From IMG/VR virus record IMGVR_UViG_2703719286_000002, positions 3,723 to 67,722 of that record: DNA of 64,000 bases, one strand, 5' to 3'. A program made the position numbers and the translations under genes. Each line of letters starts with the position of its first letter. Within the stretch, counting starts at the first letter, position 1. This document shows, in pieces, positions 16,363-26,187 of the stretch. This stretch comes from a virus. Lineage: Duplodnaviria; Caudoviricetes. The notes beneath the pieces are model-generated. The model did not search any database. It saw only the letters and a list, made by a program, of their open reading frames with translations, and was not told the origin of the DNA.

Positions 16363-18015
16363 CTAGTCATCCCGCACCATCCGCACCGCTAGGTCCATCT
16401 CGCCCTCGTATTCGGCCGGCTGCATGGCCATGACGCGGACGCGCCGGCTGATGCCCCCGAACCCCACGTTGGCCAGGATGGCGCGCACGACGTCGCCGGG
16501 CCCGAAGTCGCCCCAGTCGAGGACGCTGTTGATCGTCACGTCCAGCTCCTCAGCCGCCGTCAGGGGCTCCTCAAGGGCCCGCGCCGCCGCGTCCGCCAGC
16601 ACCGCCTCGTCCTCGTCCATCGGCGCGTAGTGCATCACCTCGCGGGACAGCGCCGGGCCGCCCAGGGCAACGCTCCGCCGATGCGCCTCCGACCCCGCCT
16701 CGCGCACCGTCCCGCGCTCCGTGTAGCCGCTGAGATGGGATGAGGCCGCCACCGCCACCGCCGCCGGCCGGTCCGCCACCGCCGCTCCGCCGCCGACCAC
16801 CGCCACCGACTGCACCAGGCCCAGGGCGTCGCGCACGTACTCGGCGCGGGTGAAGTGGATCCCCTCCTGGAGGTGGATCGACCCGCTCTTGTCCACGCCG
16901 CGCCGGTGGCCCCACCGCAGGTAGGTCTCGATGCGGTTGCGCCCGACGACGTGCTCGAGCCACCACTCGTTGCCGCTCTGCTCCGCCAGCTTGTCCAGGG
17001 CCGGCCCGAGCATGGACCCGGAGGCGTCGAACGTGCCGCGCACGGGTGTCCCCGGCCCGCTGCTGGTGCTGGCCCAGATGCCCGTTGGGTTCGTGCTGTT
17101 GACGAGGTCGAGCATCTGTCGGGCGATGCTGCCGGCGCTCTGTCCAGCGAAGGCGCTGTCGAGGGGGAGCTGGCGCTCGTACAGGATGGCGTCGAGGCTG
17201 TCGCCGCTGACCTCCACCACGCGGGTGTCGGGATCCTCCTCGATGCGGTCGACGCGCCCCACGTAGGGCGGCAGCTTGGTGGCCGACCAGATGACGACGA
17301 TGCGGCCCTCGCGGATCGTGTCGGCGTTGGCCTGCGCGTCGCTGTTTGCGAGGCTGAAGCTGAAGGGGGCCGGACCCGATACCGTGTAGACGCGGTCGAC
17401 GCGGTGCGCCGTGACCAGCTCGGCGAGCATCCGGCCGCCGTCGGCGTGGACCGTGACGGCGCCGGCGAAGCGCGGCCCGCCCTCGTACTCGATGAAGAGC
17501 ATGGGGGCATCGGCGGCCCCGTACTCGTAGGAGCGGGCGGCGCGAGAGAGGCTGACCCCGGTCCCGTCGTTCTGGTGGAAGATGCCAATGGCGTTCCCGG
17601 CTTGCCAGCCAGGGCGGTCAATGACCTCCTGGATCACGGAGGCGATGTCGGGTGAGAGATACCATGTGTCGAGGGTGAAGGGCTCCGGGTTATCCCAGTC
17701 AACGGAGGCCGTTGTCAGCGAGCGGCCGTCGTAGTCGACCTGGCCAGTGACACGGGTCGCGTCGTCCTCATCCTCAGCCTGGATCGTCGTGAGCACGCTG
17801 ACAGCGGAGGTGCCCGCCGCCTTGTAGTAGAGATAGGCGGCCCGAATCTTCGTGCCCTGGGGCACGTCGAAGTTGATGAAACGCATCCAGCATGAGAGTC
17901 GGTTGCCGCCCGAGTCGCCGAAAGCGAGGTCCACCAGGCTGTCAAACCAGGTGTTGCCCCAGAGCATGCCGTCGTCCAGCCCCGCCGACACCTGCGGCTT
18001 GGCGACGACGATCAC
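16363..18015 (-). CDS. Tail hub/Tal-like protein (ReqiPepy6 gp37-like) with N-terminal CBM-like domain
   Basis: Follows the Dit-like gene with a GTGA overlap at 18015-18012; DFGPGDVVRA...RRVRVMAM C-terminal pattern. Confidence 0.6.
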   Translation of the reverse strand: MIVVAKPQVSAGLDDGMLWGNTWFDSLVDLAFGDSGGNRLSCWMRFINFDVPQGTKIRAAYLYYKAAGTSAVSVLTTIQAEDEDDATRVTGQVDYDGRSLTTASVDWDNPEPFTLDTWYLSPDIASVIQEVIDRPGWQAGNAIGIFHQNDGTGVSLSRAARSYEYGAADAPMLFIEYEGGPRFAGAVTVHADGGRMLAELVTAHRVDRVYTVSGPAPFSFSLANSDAQANADTIREGRIVVIWSATKLPPYVGRVDRIEEDPDTRVVEVSGDSLDAILYERQLPLDSAFAGQSAGSIARQMLDLVNSTNPTGIWASTSSGPGTPVRGTFDASGSMLGPALDKLAEQSGNEWWLEHVVGRNRIETYLRWGHRRGVDKSGSIHLQEGIHFTRAEYVRDALGLVQSVAVVGGGAAVADRPAAVAVAASSHLSGYTERGTVREAGSEAHRRSVALGGPALSREVMHYAPMDEDEAVLADAAARALEEPLTAAEELDVTINSVLDWGDFGPGDVVRAILANVGFGGISRRVRVMAMQPAEYEGEMDLAVRMVRDD

Positions 18016-20882
18016 GCCCACCGGTTCCTCCATGTGGTCGTGATGACGACCGTGCCGATGCCCGCCTCGGTGTATCTGAGATTCACCGTGCCCGGGTCCA
18101 GGCGCATCCACTCGACGAGGTCGCTGGGCGCGACGACCCCCGGCACGCTCTCGCCCGTGTCGGAGCGCACGACGGTGTGCGCCTCGCAGTCGATGGTGAG
18201 CGTGGGGCTGTTGACCGGCAGCACGAAGTCGAGCGTGAGTGTCTGGCCCGTGTCGTCGTTCTTGAGGACCCCGGCCAGGTGGTAGATGGTCTCCTGCGCG
18301 GCCACGACGATCTTGGGCGTGCGCGGCGTGGCGTCGTCGAGGGTGACGTCGATGTCGTCCAGGGTGATCTCGTGCGCGGAGCCGGAGGGAGCCTCGGGCT
18401 GGATCGTGGCCTCGGGCGTTGCCAGGACAGCGAAACGGACCGTCTGCTCTTTGACCTCCTCGCCCAGCGAGTAGTGGACCGTGATACGGAGGTGGTCGAG
18501 ATTCGCGGTGCGGCCACCGCCGGAACTATGTACCCGGATCGCAGTGCCGAAGTTGGCCGCGTTGATCTCCGTGTAGGTCCAGGTCTCACCCCACAGGTCC
18601 GCTGGCCCACCTGCCCCGATGTAGACATCGGCACTTGTGCCCAGGAAACCCATGGAACGATAGGCCGCACCTATCGTGCCCGCCTTCACGATTCGCGCGT
18701 AGGCGAGAATCCCGGCGATACTCCCGTGGGCCTCGAATTCGCATTCGATGCCATCAATCGTTGCGGCGGCGGGGATGCTAAAACCGAAGCCCGTTGCCTT
18801 TAGGAACTGGGATGAGCCAGTAGGCGCAACCGTCGCATAGGCATCATCGGACGCCCCGGCGTTGTTCTTATCTGCCCAGGCGTCCCCGGCTACGAGAGGG
18901 TCATCTACGAAGGTACTCCCACTATTCGGACCTTCGGGTTCGCCCCCGCCAACGAAATACTTGCCTCTCCCATAGACCTGGCGCGAGCTGATCCCCATGT
19001 AGATGCTGGCGACCGAGGTGCTGCGTTTGTAGGCCAGCCAGTACGTCCCCGCAGGCAGGACGATGTAGGGTTCATATCCTGCGGCTGCGACATGAGCCAC
19101 ATAATCAGCATAGGCCGTATCGAGGTCGCTGGCCGCGACCGTGTAGATGTCGGAGATCTGGGCGTCCGGGCTGTCCTCATTGTCGCTAAGAAGATAGAAG
19201 TGAATGTCCCCCGTGGGGCTGCCGACCTTCTTGAACCGTCCGAGCAGGTGTCGGACGAACGTTTCCTGATCTATCACGAACTGCTGCGCCCGAACAGCCT
19301 GCGTGACCTCTTCGTCGTCTGGGTTTTCCAGCCATGCGCCCGTCACCATCGCAATGTTCGCGTTGTAGCGAATGCGACTCAGGACTGAGGCGGGCTGGAG
19401 CGTCACGGGCGTCCCGTCGTTGTAGGAGGTGTAGCGCTCTAGGAGCGCCTCGAGCCCGCCCATGTCTATGCCGTAGACTTGGAGGTTCAGGACATCCTTG
19501 TTAACCGTCACGTCATGACTGATCGCGCCCGCCGCTGCCTTGACCCCGCACGGCACGGACAGCTCCAGGTTGTTGTAGCGCGGCGCGAGGGCCGACGGAG
19601 CCACGTCCCGGAAGTCGGCATCCGTCCCGTTCTCCAGGAACGAGATCGCGGGCGACAGCAGGTTGTCATTCGTGTACCGCCGAAGCATCTGGCCGGGGCG
19701 TAGCGTCGTCGGGGCCGTGAGGGGACCCGGGTACTTGTGGAGCGCGTTGGTGCTGTTCGCCAGGTCGATGACGGGCTGGCGGTCGCTGGCCGCTGGCGGG
19801 TTCGCCGCCGCCTCGTTGTCATACAGGGCGTAGATTTCGTGCTCCATCCAGTAGAGGTAGTCGGTGCCGCCGGTGTGCGCGGCCGCCGTGCTATTCCGAG
19901 CCCCGCGACCGTTGGTGCTGGATAGCTTGAGTCGCCTTGCCTCACGGTCGACGTAGTGAAAGGTCTCATCGTCGATCATGAAGTAGCCGTCGTTATCCCA
20001 GCCGAGCGTGCCCTCCGGGTCGGACACATCGAACCACTCGCCGTTGGCAGGCGAGACGTCCGACATGTTGTCCTTGAGCATCAGCCGGCGCATGGGGGCC
20101 CAGGTGATGCCCGTCCAGATGTAGTCGTCAGTCAGGTCCGTCTTGATGAAGCGATCGATCTCCACGCCATCGACGTAGACACGGAAGTCGGCGCCGTCGG
20201 CCTGGAGTTGGCTTGCGTCGAATAGGGCGCTCAGGTCGATGGCGTCCTCGCCAAGCTCAGTCTGGTAGGGTAGCCCGTTAGTGGACACGCCGGGCAACTC
20301 CGAGCGCCAGGCGATGTTGATGTACTGCCGCCGCAGATACTTGTTGCTGTGATTCGCCGCCACCGTCGGCTTGAACTCGATCGTGGGGTACGTCCGCGTC
20401 GTGCCGCCGACGGTCACCTGCCAGGTGTCCGAGCCGCCTGCCGCACTGACCGTCTGCTCGTCGCTGCTCTCGCTGTCCGCGAGCCAGATGGGGCGGGCGG
20501 CGTAGAGCTGAACGATCCAGAGGTTGACCTGGTGGCTGAACTGAGGCGCCCGCATCACGCGCACCGTCATCCGCCAGGTCGTTGCGTCCCCATCATCCAC
20601 CTTGAGGATGCAGTCGCCCTTGGCTGGGTCAAACAGCTTCTTGAACGCATAGACGCCGGCCTGTGTGGAGGGAATCTTCACGTAGAGCGGGAAGACGCGG
20701 CTCTGGGGCTGCGAGCGCGGCGACGTGGGGAAGGCGTACTCGCCGGGCACCTCCACCTCGATGGGCTCGAAGTCTGGCGTGCTGGCCACATCGTGCTCCG
20801 CCAGGAACTTCGCGTCGTAGGTGGCCGCGTCATTGATAGCCGTGCCATCGAAGTAGGTCGGGGTCAGTGTTGGGTCAGCCAT
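18012..20882 (-). CDS. Distal tail (Dit)-like protein with large insertions
   Basis: Directly after the tape measure; C-terminal TLTIDCEAHTV...WMRLDPGTVNLRY...WRNRW is Dit-like; 956 aa. Confidence 0.65.
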   Translation of the reverse strand: MADPTLTPTYFDGTAINDAATYDAKFLAEHDVASTPDFEPIEVEVPGEYAFPTSPRSQPQSRVFPLYVKIPSTQAGVYAFKKLFDPAKGDCILKVDDGDATTWRMTVRVMRAPQFSHQVNLWIVQLYAARPIWLADSESSDEQTVSAAGGSDTWQVTVGGTTRTYPTIEFKPTVAANHSNKYLRRQYINIAWRSELPGVSTNGLPYQTELGEDAIDLSALFDASQLQADGADFRVYVDGVEIDRFIKTDLTDDYIWTGITWAPMRRLMLKDNMSDVSPANGEWFDVSDPEGTLGWDNDGYFMIDDETFHYVDREARRLKLSSTNGRGARNSTAAAHTGGTDYLYWMEHEIYALYDNEAAANPPAASDRQPVIDLANSTNALHKYPGPLTAPTTLRPGQMLRRYTNDNLLSPAISFLENGTDADFRDVAPSALAPRYNNLELSVPCGVKAAAGAISHDVTVNKDVLNLQVYGIDMGGLEALLERYTSYNDGTPVTLQPASVLSRIRYNANIAMVTGAWLENPDDEEVTQAVRAQQFVIDQETFVRHLLGRFKKVGSPTGDIHFYLLSDNEDSPDAQISDIYTVAASDLDTAYADYVAHVAAAGYEPYIVLPAGTYWLAYKRSTSVASIYMGISSRQVYGRGKYFVGGGEPEGPNSGSTFVDDPLVAGDAWADKNNAGASDDAYATVAPTGSSQFLKATGFGFSIPAAATIDGIECEFEAHGSIAGILAYARIVKAGTIGAAYRSMGFLGTSADVYIGAGGPADLWGETWTYTEINAANFGTAIRVHSSGGGRTANLDHLRITVHYSLGEEVKEQTVRFAVLATPEATIQPEAPSGSAHEITLDDIDVTLDDATPRTPKIVVAAQETIYHLAGVLKNDDTGQTLTLDFVLPVNSPTLTIDCEAHTVVRSDTGESVPGVVAPSDLVEWMRLDPGTVNLRYTEAGIGTVVITTTWRNRWA

Positions 20883-23800
20883 CAGAAGCCCCTAAACTGG
20901 CGGTCCCATTCCTTCATCGCCGCCCGCGGGTCGACCTGCGGGAAGATGAAGTTCTGGCGGCCGAAGTTCTCACGGTGGATGATGGTCGTGCCAGCGCCGC
21001 CACCTCTCTCCCCGCCCGCTGGCGTTATGCGCTCGCCGCCGTGGACGATGGCAAGCTGCGCCGCACCACGGGGCCCGGGCACGGTGCCCCCGCTCTGGTA
21101 GCTGGAGACATTGAGACCGGCGGCGCCGAAGCCCGACAGTCCTCCCAGGGCATCCTGCACCCTGTAAGCCGCGTCCGTGAGGGCGTTAAGCTGGCCCACC
21201 GGAGCCGCGGTGTCGATGCTGTTGAGGGCGGGCTGGAACTCACGAACGATGTGATTCCCAAGCTCATCGAGATAGATCTGGACGACAGCCGTGCCGAACA
21301 TGAGCTTGCCGTATTCTTTGAGCGCCGCGTCCGTCTCGCTGACAAGGGCGCCCTCCAGCGTCCCCAGCGCCCCGGCCAGGTCCCTGTAGAGCTGCTCGTT
21401 GGCCGCGATAGTCTCCTGGCTGTCTTTGTGTGCGGCATCAGCATCAGCTACCCGCTGCTCTTGTGTCAGCAGCAGCTTGTTGAGGTACTCCAGCGTCGGC
21501 TCAGCGAGCGCGATCTCTGATTGCGCGCCCTTGATGCCGTCGATGATCTGCTGGAAGGTCAGCTCCTCGACCGGGGTGAGCAGGTCCTCGATCTGCCGAC
21601 GCAGGGGGTCCAACTCCAACTGCTCTTGAAGCCGTACCTTCTCGGCCTCTAGCCCCAGCCGCGTGATTTCATCCTCTAGTTCCTTGATGGCCCCCGCATT
21701 ATTCCGGAGAGCGGCCTCGGCGTCCTCCACCCTTTGTTTCTGGGTAGCGAGGAGGTCATTGAGGTTGGTGAGGCTCGGCTCGGCATCCTCTATTCTTGCC
21801 TGTGCCTCGCGGATGCCCGCGATGATAGCCTCGAAGGTTAGTTCCTCAGTTGTATCGAGGAGGTCTTCGATCTGACGGCGCAGCGGGTCGAGCGCTAGTT
21901 GCTCCTCTAGCCGCACTCTCTCAGCCATGTCTCGAAGCCGAGCCAATTCTGCTTCCAATGCCGCGATTGCCTCTTGAGTACCCCCAGCCGCCCGTAGGTC
22001 AAGAAGCTCGAGGCGCGCACGGGCAATGGCCTGCTGGATCTCGAAAGCCCGCTCCTCGAACTCGGCTGTACCCGCGAGCTGGGCATTGGCAAGGCGACTG
22101 AGGGCGTCGCGGGCGGCGCCTAACTCATCGGTGTACCGTTGCACAGAGGCCGTTAGGTCGTCATAGATACCCTGCTGCCGGGCAAGGTTGTCGATCAGGC
22201 TGGTATCCCTGGCCTGCGCTTCCTGCAGTTCGATGATCTGCAGGCGGATTCCGGCGATAGCCTGCTCAATATCGAAAGCAGCCTGCTCAAAGTCAGCCGT
22301 GCCAGCCAGTACGGCACTGGCGAAGTAGGTCAAGGCATCCTGGGCGGCGCCGAGCTTGTCCTCGTACCGCTGCACGGCGTCGGCCAGCATGTCGTAGGTC
22401 TGCTGCTGGCCCAGGAGGTCCGTCATCAGAGTTGCCGCCTGGCCGTGCTGAATGCGAAGGGCGGCGTCCAGGTATCCGAGCTGATTCTCCAGACGCCCTA
22501 CGGCGTCCTGGGCGGCCAGGTAGGACGCCGGCACGTCGGGCCCGAGGACGGCCAGCTCGTTGATGCCAATGAAGACCTGCTCGATAGCGGGCCGGAAGGA
22601 GGCGCTGAACTGCTCGATGGCCTCTCCCGCCTGAGAGATAACGGCCATGACGTGCGGCGGCAGGCCCTCGAGGCCGGCGAGCAGCTCCTCGGTGAAGGTG
22701 GCCGACAGGCGCTGGCCGAGATCGGCCATGGCCTCCTCAGCAGCGGCACCATCGGGGGGTGGGACACTCGGCGGCGGGGGTGCGTTGAGGCCGTCGTCGA
22801 CAGCGGCCCTCATCGCCTTTCCCATCTCACCTGCCCGGTCGAGCATCCCCCCAAGTAGGTCGGACCAGGCGTCCATGAGACCGGGGCCGCTCTTCTCCAT
22901 CGCCCCCCGCATGGCGCCCGCGATGTCGAGCTCGGCCGTGATCGTTGGAATCGCAATGGACGGAAGCCCGGGGATGCCTGCCCAGGTCCAGGCCTTCTCG
23001 ACGTTCTTGGCTGCTGCCATGAGGTCGTTCAGCTTCCCGATCACCCAGTTGATCATGTCGACGATGCTGTTTCCCACCTTGTCGAAGATGCCAGCCACGA
23101 CGACGGCGAACTCCTGTACCGGCCGGGGCAGAATCTTGAAGAGCTTGGACCAGTTCTCCTTGATGAGCATGAAGAGCAGGGCGCCGGGAACGAAGAGCGC
23201 GATGAGGGCCTTCACCCAGTTGTCCTTCAGCCACTTCAGCAGCCCAGCGGGAGCCCGCTTCAGCGCACCCCAGACGGCGTCCCAGTTCTTGACCAGCAGC
23301 ATGACGGCGACGCCGAGGGCAGCTATAGCGGCGATGATGGCGTAGATCTCCCACATCAGCGCGACCTTGACGGCCAGGGCGGTCACCATGCTTGCGGTCC
23401 AAGCGACGAATGCCGCAACCAGCACCGTTCCGATGGCCGTAGCCAGAGCCAACGTGAGGGTCTTGTGCTCAGCGAGGAAGGCCATCGTTGCGCTCACGCC
23501 GTCCAGGGCCTTCGATACGGTCGGGAGCACCGCGACCCCGAGCTCCGTCAGCGTGACCTTTATGTTGTTCATTGCGACCTGAAGCTGTCGCGCGACCGTG
23601 TCATCGACCTTCTTGAATGCCTCGTCTGCGGCACCGGCACTATTCGCCATCGCTAGCTGCGCGTCCTCGAACTTGTACGCCTGGTTGCCGGCCAGGGCGA
23701 GGACCGCCTTCAGCGCTTCGCTGGAACCTACGAGCTTCCTCATCTGCTCCATGTTGCCGCCAGTTGCCTCATACAGTTCGGCAAAGGCCCCGGAGAGACC

Positions 23801-24556
23801 GACCGCCTGTAGGTGCTGCGCGGAGAACTCTAGGCCCAGTTCCTTTGCTAACTTGGATTGCGATTGGGTCGGCGCGCTGAGGGAGGTGATGGCCTCCTTC
23901 AGTTGCGTCGCAGCCACAGCCGTCGGCACACCCTGGGCAGTAAGGGCAGCGAGGGCGGCTGTTACCTGCCTGAAATCGACGCCAGCGGCGGCGGCTATAG
24001 GAGTGACCTGAAATAGTGAAGCTGATAGTTCATCGAATGTCGTTTTGCCCAGACGCACGCCGGTGAACATGATGTCGGCGGCTTCCTGAGCACCGATCAC
24101 GCTCTTGCCGTAGGCATTCACGACTGACGTGATGCCGTCGACGGCCGTCTCGAGATCCGTCACGCCGCCGATGCTAGCCTTCGCTGCCGTCTTCATGAAG
24201 TCGAGCACGTTGTCGGGGGGAACGCCGGCGGAGATGGCCTGGTAGAGCGCGGGCACCACCTTGTCCGTGGCGATGCCCATCTCCTTGCTGAAGCCCAGCA
24301 CGTCCTTCTTGAGGCTGCCAAAGGCCTTCTCGGACATCTGGGGCATGAGCGTCCAGACCTCGGCCATGCTTGACTCGAAGTCGGCACCCATCTTGATCGC
24401 AGCTATCCCGATGCCAGCGAGGGCGGCGCCAGCGGCCATGCCCATCGGTCGGAACTTCTTCTCCATCGCCTGGGCCTTGTTGCCGATGCCGCTCAGGGCG
24501 CGGCTTGCGTCGTCACGGGCCTTGATGACGATTTGCAGTTGAGCCGTCGAAGGCAT
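20882..24556 (-). CDS. Tape measure protein, TP901 family
   Basis: 1224 aa helical protein; GADFESSMAEV, ALYQAISAG, GKTTFDEL motifs; hydrophobic mid-region. Confidence 0.93.
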   Translation of the reverse strand: MPSTAQLQIVIKARDDASRALSGIGNKAQAMEKKFRPMGMAAGAALAGIGIAAIKMGADFESSMAEVWTLMPQMSEKAFGSLKKDVLGFSKEMGIATDKVVPALYQAISAGVPPDNVLDFMKTAAKASIGGVTDLETAVDGITSVVNAYGKSVIGAQEAADIMFTGVRLGKTTFDELSASLFQVTPIAAAAGVDFRQVTAALAALTAQGVPTAVAATQLKEAITSLSAPTQSQSKLAKELGLEFSAQHLQAVGLSGAFAELYEATGGNMEQMRKLVGSSEALKAVLALAGNQAYKFEDAQLAMANSAGAADEAFKKVDDTVARQLQVAMNNIKVTLTELGVAVLPTVSKALDGVSATMAFLAEHKTLTLALATAIGTVLVAAFVAWTASMVTALAVKVALMWEIYAIIAAIAALGVAVMLLVKNWDAVWGALKRAPAGLLKWLKDNWVKALIALFVPGALLFMLIKENWSKLFKILPRPVQEFAVVVAGIFDKVGNSIVDMINWVIGKLNDLMAAAKNVEKAWTWAGIPGLPSIAIPTITAELDIAGAMRGAMEKSGPGLMDAWSDLLGGMLDRAGEMGKAMRAAVDDGLNAPPPPSVPPPDGAAAEEAMADLGQRLSATFTEELLAGLEGLPPHVMAVISQAGEAIEQFSASFRPAIEQVFIGINELAVLGPDVPASYLAAQDAVGRLENQLGYLDAALRIQHGQAATLMTDLLGQQQTYDMLADAVQRYEDKLGAAQDALTYFASAVLAGTADFEQAAFDIEQAIAGIRLQIIELQEAQARDTSLIDNLARQQGIYDDLTASVQRYTDELGAARDALSRLANAQLAGTAEFEERAFEIQQAIARARLELLDLRAAGGTQEAIAALEAELARLRDMAERVRLEEQLALDPLRRQIEDLLDTTEELTFEAIIAGIREAQARIEDAEPSLTNLNDLLATQKQRVEDAEAALRNNAGAIKELEDEITRLGLEAEKVRLQEQLELDPLRRQIEDLLTPVEELTFQQIIDGIKGAQSEIALAEPTLEYLNKLLLTQEQRVADADAAHKDSQETIAANEQLYRDLAGALGTLEGALVSETDAALKEYGKLMFGTAVVQIYLDELGNHIVREFQPALNSIDTAAPVGQLNALTDAAYRVQDALGGLSGFGAAGLNVSSYQSGGTVPGPRGAAQLAIVHGGERITPAGGERGGGAGTTIIHRENFGRQNFIFPQVDPRAAMKEWDRQFRGF

Positions 24557-24580
24557 CTACAACACTTCCTTGACAACGTG

Positions 24581-24589
24581 TGCTATCAT
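24581..24589 (+). promoter_or_regulatory. Extended -10 promoter for the lipoprotein gene
   Basis: TG-C-TATCAT, 45 nt before ATG 24635. Confidence 0.5.
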
Positions 24590-24634
24590 TCGAGTTGCCC
24601 CGCCACGAGATTCCCACCGAGAGAGGTGATTGAG

Positions 24635-25078
24635 ATGGGAAGGTGTCTACCCTTAGTCCTCCTCGCGGCGTTCCTCTTGGCGGGGTGCGGCGGCGCTGAG
24701 CGCACACTCCGCTTGCCAGCCGGGGAGTTTTCGGAATCTGAAGCCAGGAAGCAGATGGCCACCGCTCTCCTAGAAGGCGGAGCTGTGGCCTGCCCCATCA
24801 TTAGAGATGTTCCTGATGACGAGGTTCTGCCTCTCCTAGATCGCAGGATCCGAGAGCTGGCACTGGAGATCGTGACAGGACAGGCGACCGCGGTCGCCGA
24901 AGACCTGGCGAATCCGATAGTCGCTATCGCCGAGGCGGATGCTACGGCAGCAGCAAGTACAGCAACCACCGCTCTCGCCGAGGCCACCGCCGCCGCCGAG
25001 GCATACGCGGCCATGGATCGGCAAGACCTTGCCGCCCTGGGTGCCATCCTCAAAGAGGAATGCGATCGCATCGACTAG
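24635..25078 (+). CDS. Lipoprotein moron (antisense to the late operon)
   Basis: MGRCLPLVLLAAFLLAGC lipobox; GAGGTG RBS. Confidence 0.8.
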   Translation: MGRCLPLVLLAAFLLAGCGGAERTLRLPAGEFSESEARKQMATALLEGGAVACPIIRDVPDDEVLPLLDRRIRELALEIVTGQATAVAEDLANPIVAIAEADATAAASTATTALAEATAAAEAYAAMDRQDLAALGAILKEECDRID

Positions 25079-25335
25079 CCCCTCGCATCCTTCGGCGTCT
25101 CCGCCTTCACCCGCTCGTGCTCCGCCAGCGCCACGACGAGGAGCAGGTAGTCCTCGCGCAGCCACGCCGGCAGGGCGTCCTCCCACTCCGTGAAGGTGAC
25201 GGTTACCCCGGCGAGTCTGAGCTCGTTGGCGGCGCCAAGCTCATCGGGGATACCGCCGGTGACGACGGCCCCGTAGAGGCTTTTTTTGCGGTCTCCGTCC
25301 GCAGGCTCATCTCGAGGATGCAGTCCGCCGCCCAC
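25075..25335 (-). CDS. Tail assembly chaperone, frameshifted (T) part
   Basis: -1 frame overlapping the G gene; joined at slippery A-AAA-AAA-G (25287-25280). Confidence 0.7.
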   Translation of the reverse strand: MGGGLHPRDEPADGDRKKSLYGAVVTGGIPDELGAANELRLAGVTVTFTEWEDALPAWLREDYLLLVVALAEHERVKAETPKDARG

Positions 25336-25658
25336 TCCTCGGTTCCGGCCACGAGGTCGGCCTTGTGCTCGTCATCGCAGTCCACCTCGTAGGTCCAGGC
25401 CACCAGCCCGTGCCTCACGACGGTCTCGGGGTCGTGGCCGGCGCGTCGCTGCTCGGCCTCGTCCACCTCGGCCCTCTCGTCGGCCCGGAAGCCCGACAGG
25501 TCGACGCCGCTGATCGCCTTCATCTGGTCCGCCATACCTGCCAGAGCGACACGGCGGGCCTCCCTGATCTGCGAGCCGGTCAGCGGCCGGAACTGCATCC
25601 GCTGGTCCTGCTCCCCCGGAATGTCGCGCCATTCCGTAAGCTCACTGGCGCGTGGCAT
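25203..25658 (-). CDS. Tail assembly chaperone (G)
   Basis: Between tail tube and tape measure genes; carries the slippery heptamer. Confidence 0.8.
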   Translation of the reverse strand: MPRASELTEWRDIPGEQDQRMQFRPLTGSQIREARRVALAGMADQMKAISGVDLSGFRADERAEVDEAEQRRAGHDPETVVRHGLVAWTYEVDCDDEHKADLVAGTEEWAADCILEMSLRTETAKKASTGPSSPAVSPMSLAPPTSSDSPG

Positions 25659-25693
25659 GTGACGCCTCCTTTGCTTCGCTATCGCTCCTATCC

Positions 25694-26131
25694 CTACGTC
25701 ACCGTCCCCCAGGTCAGCCCCACCGTCCCGTAGGGGCGGAAGGCCGCCGTATAGGCGATGGGCCCGCCCACGCCCGAACTCAGGGCGTAGCTCTCCAGCA
25801 CCACCTGGCCCGTCAGCTTGGGCTTGGTGCTCGCCGTGCCGGCCGGGTAGAACTCCAGGGTGTAGCCGGCCGCCGTGCCGCCCTTGATGCCGCTCAGGAC
25901 CTTGTGCGACTCGGCGACGGCCGTGCCCAGGCCTGCCGGCCCGCTGATGCTGACGCTCTCCTCGCTGAGCCCGGAGATGTAGTTCTTCTTGCTGGCGCCG
26001 AAGGCCGACACCTCGGCCATGTCGACGCTGGAGGGGGTGTCAACCGAGTTGACGTAGGTGGAGATATCCCTGAGGTTTTCGCCGCTGTCGTCGATCTTGA
26101 AGACCGAGTCCTTGCCGTGAATCTTGCCCAT
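25694..26131 (-). CDS. Tail tube (major tail) protein
   Basis: 145 aa, directly upstream of the chaperones; SSVDMAEVSAFG...KNYISGL motif. Confidence 0.75.
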   Translation of the reverse strand: MGKIHGKDSVFKIDDSGENLRDISTYVNSVDTPSSVDMAEVSAFGASKKNYISGLSEESVSISGPAGLGTAVAESHKVLSGIKGGTAAGYTLEFYPAGTASTKPKLTGQVVLESYALSSGVGGPIAYTAAFRPYGTVGLTWGTVT

Positions 26132-26137
26132 CTACAT

Positions 26138-26162
26138 GGCTCCTGTCCCTCCGTCCATGGCT
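26138..26162 (-). repeat. 25-bp GGA-rich leader, copy 1
   Basis: Minus strand AGCCATGGACGGAGGGACAGGAGCC, identical to 35281-35305. Confidence 0.9.
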
Positions 26163-26187
26163 CGAACCCCCGGTCCGTGGGGGATGA

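Noticed and set aside
24570-24575. TTGACA as the -35 of the lipoprotein promoter
   Set aside because: Only 8 nt from the TATCAT hexamer; the extended -10 explains the promoter better
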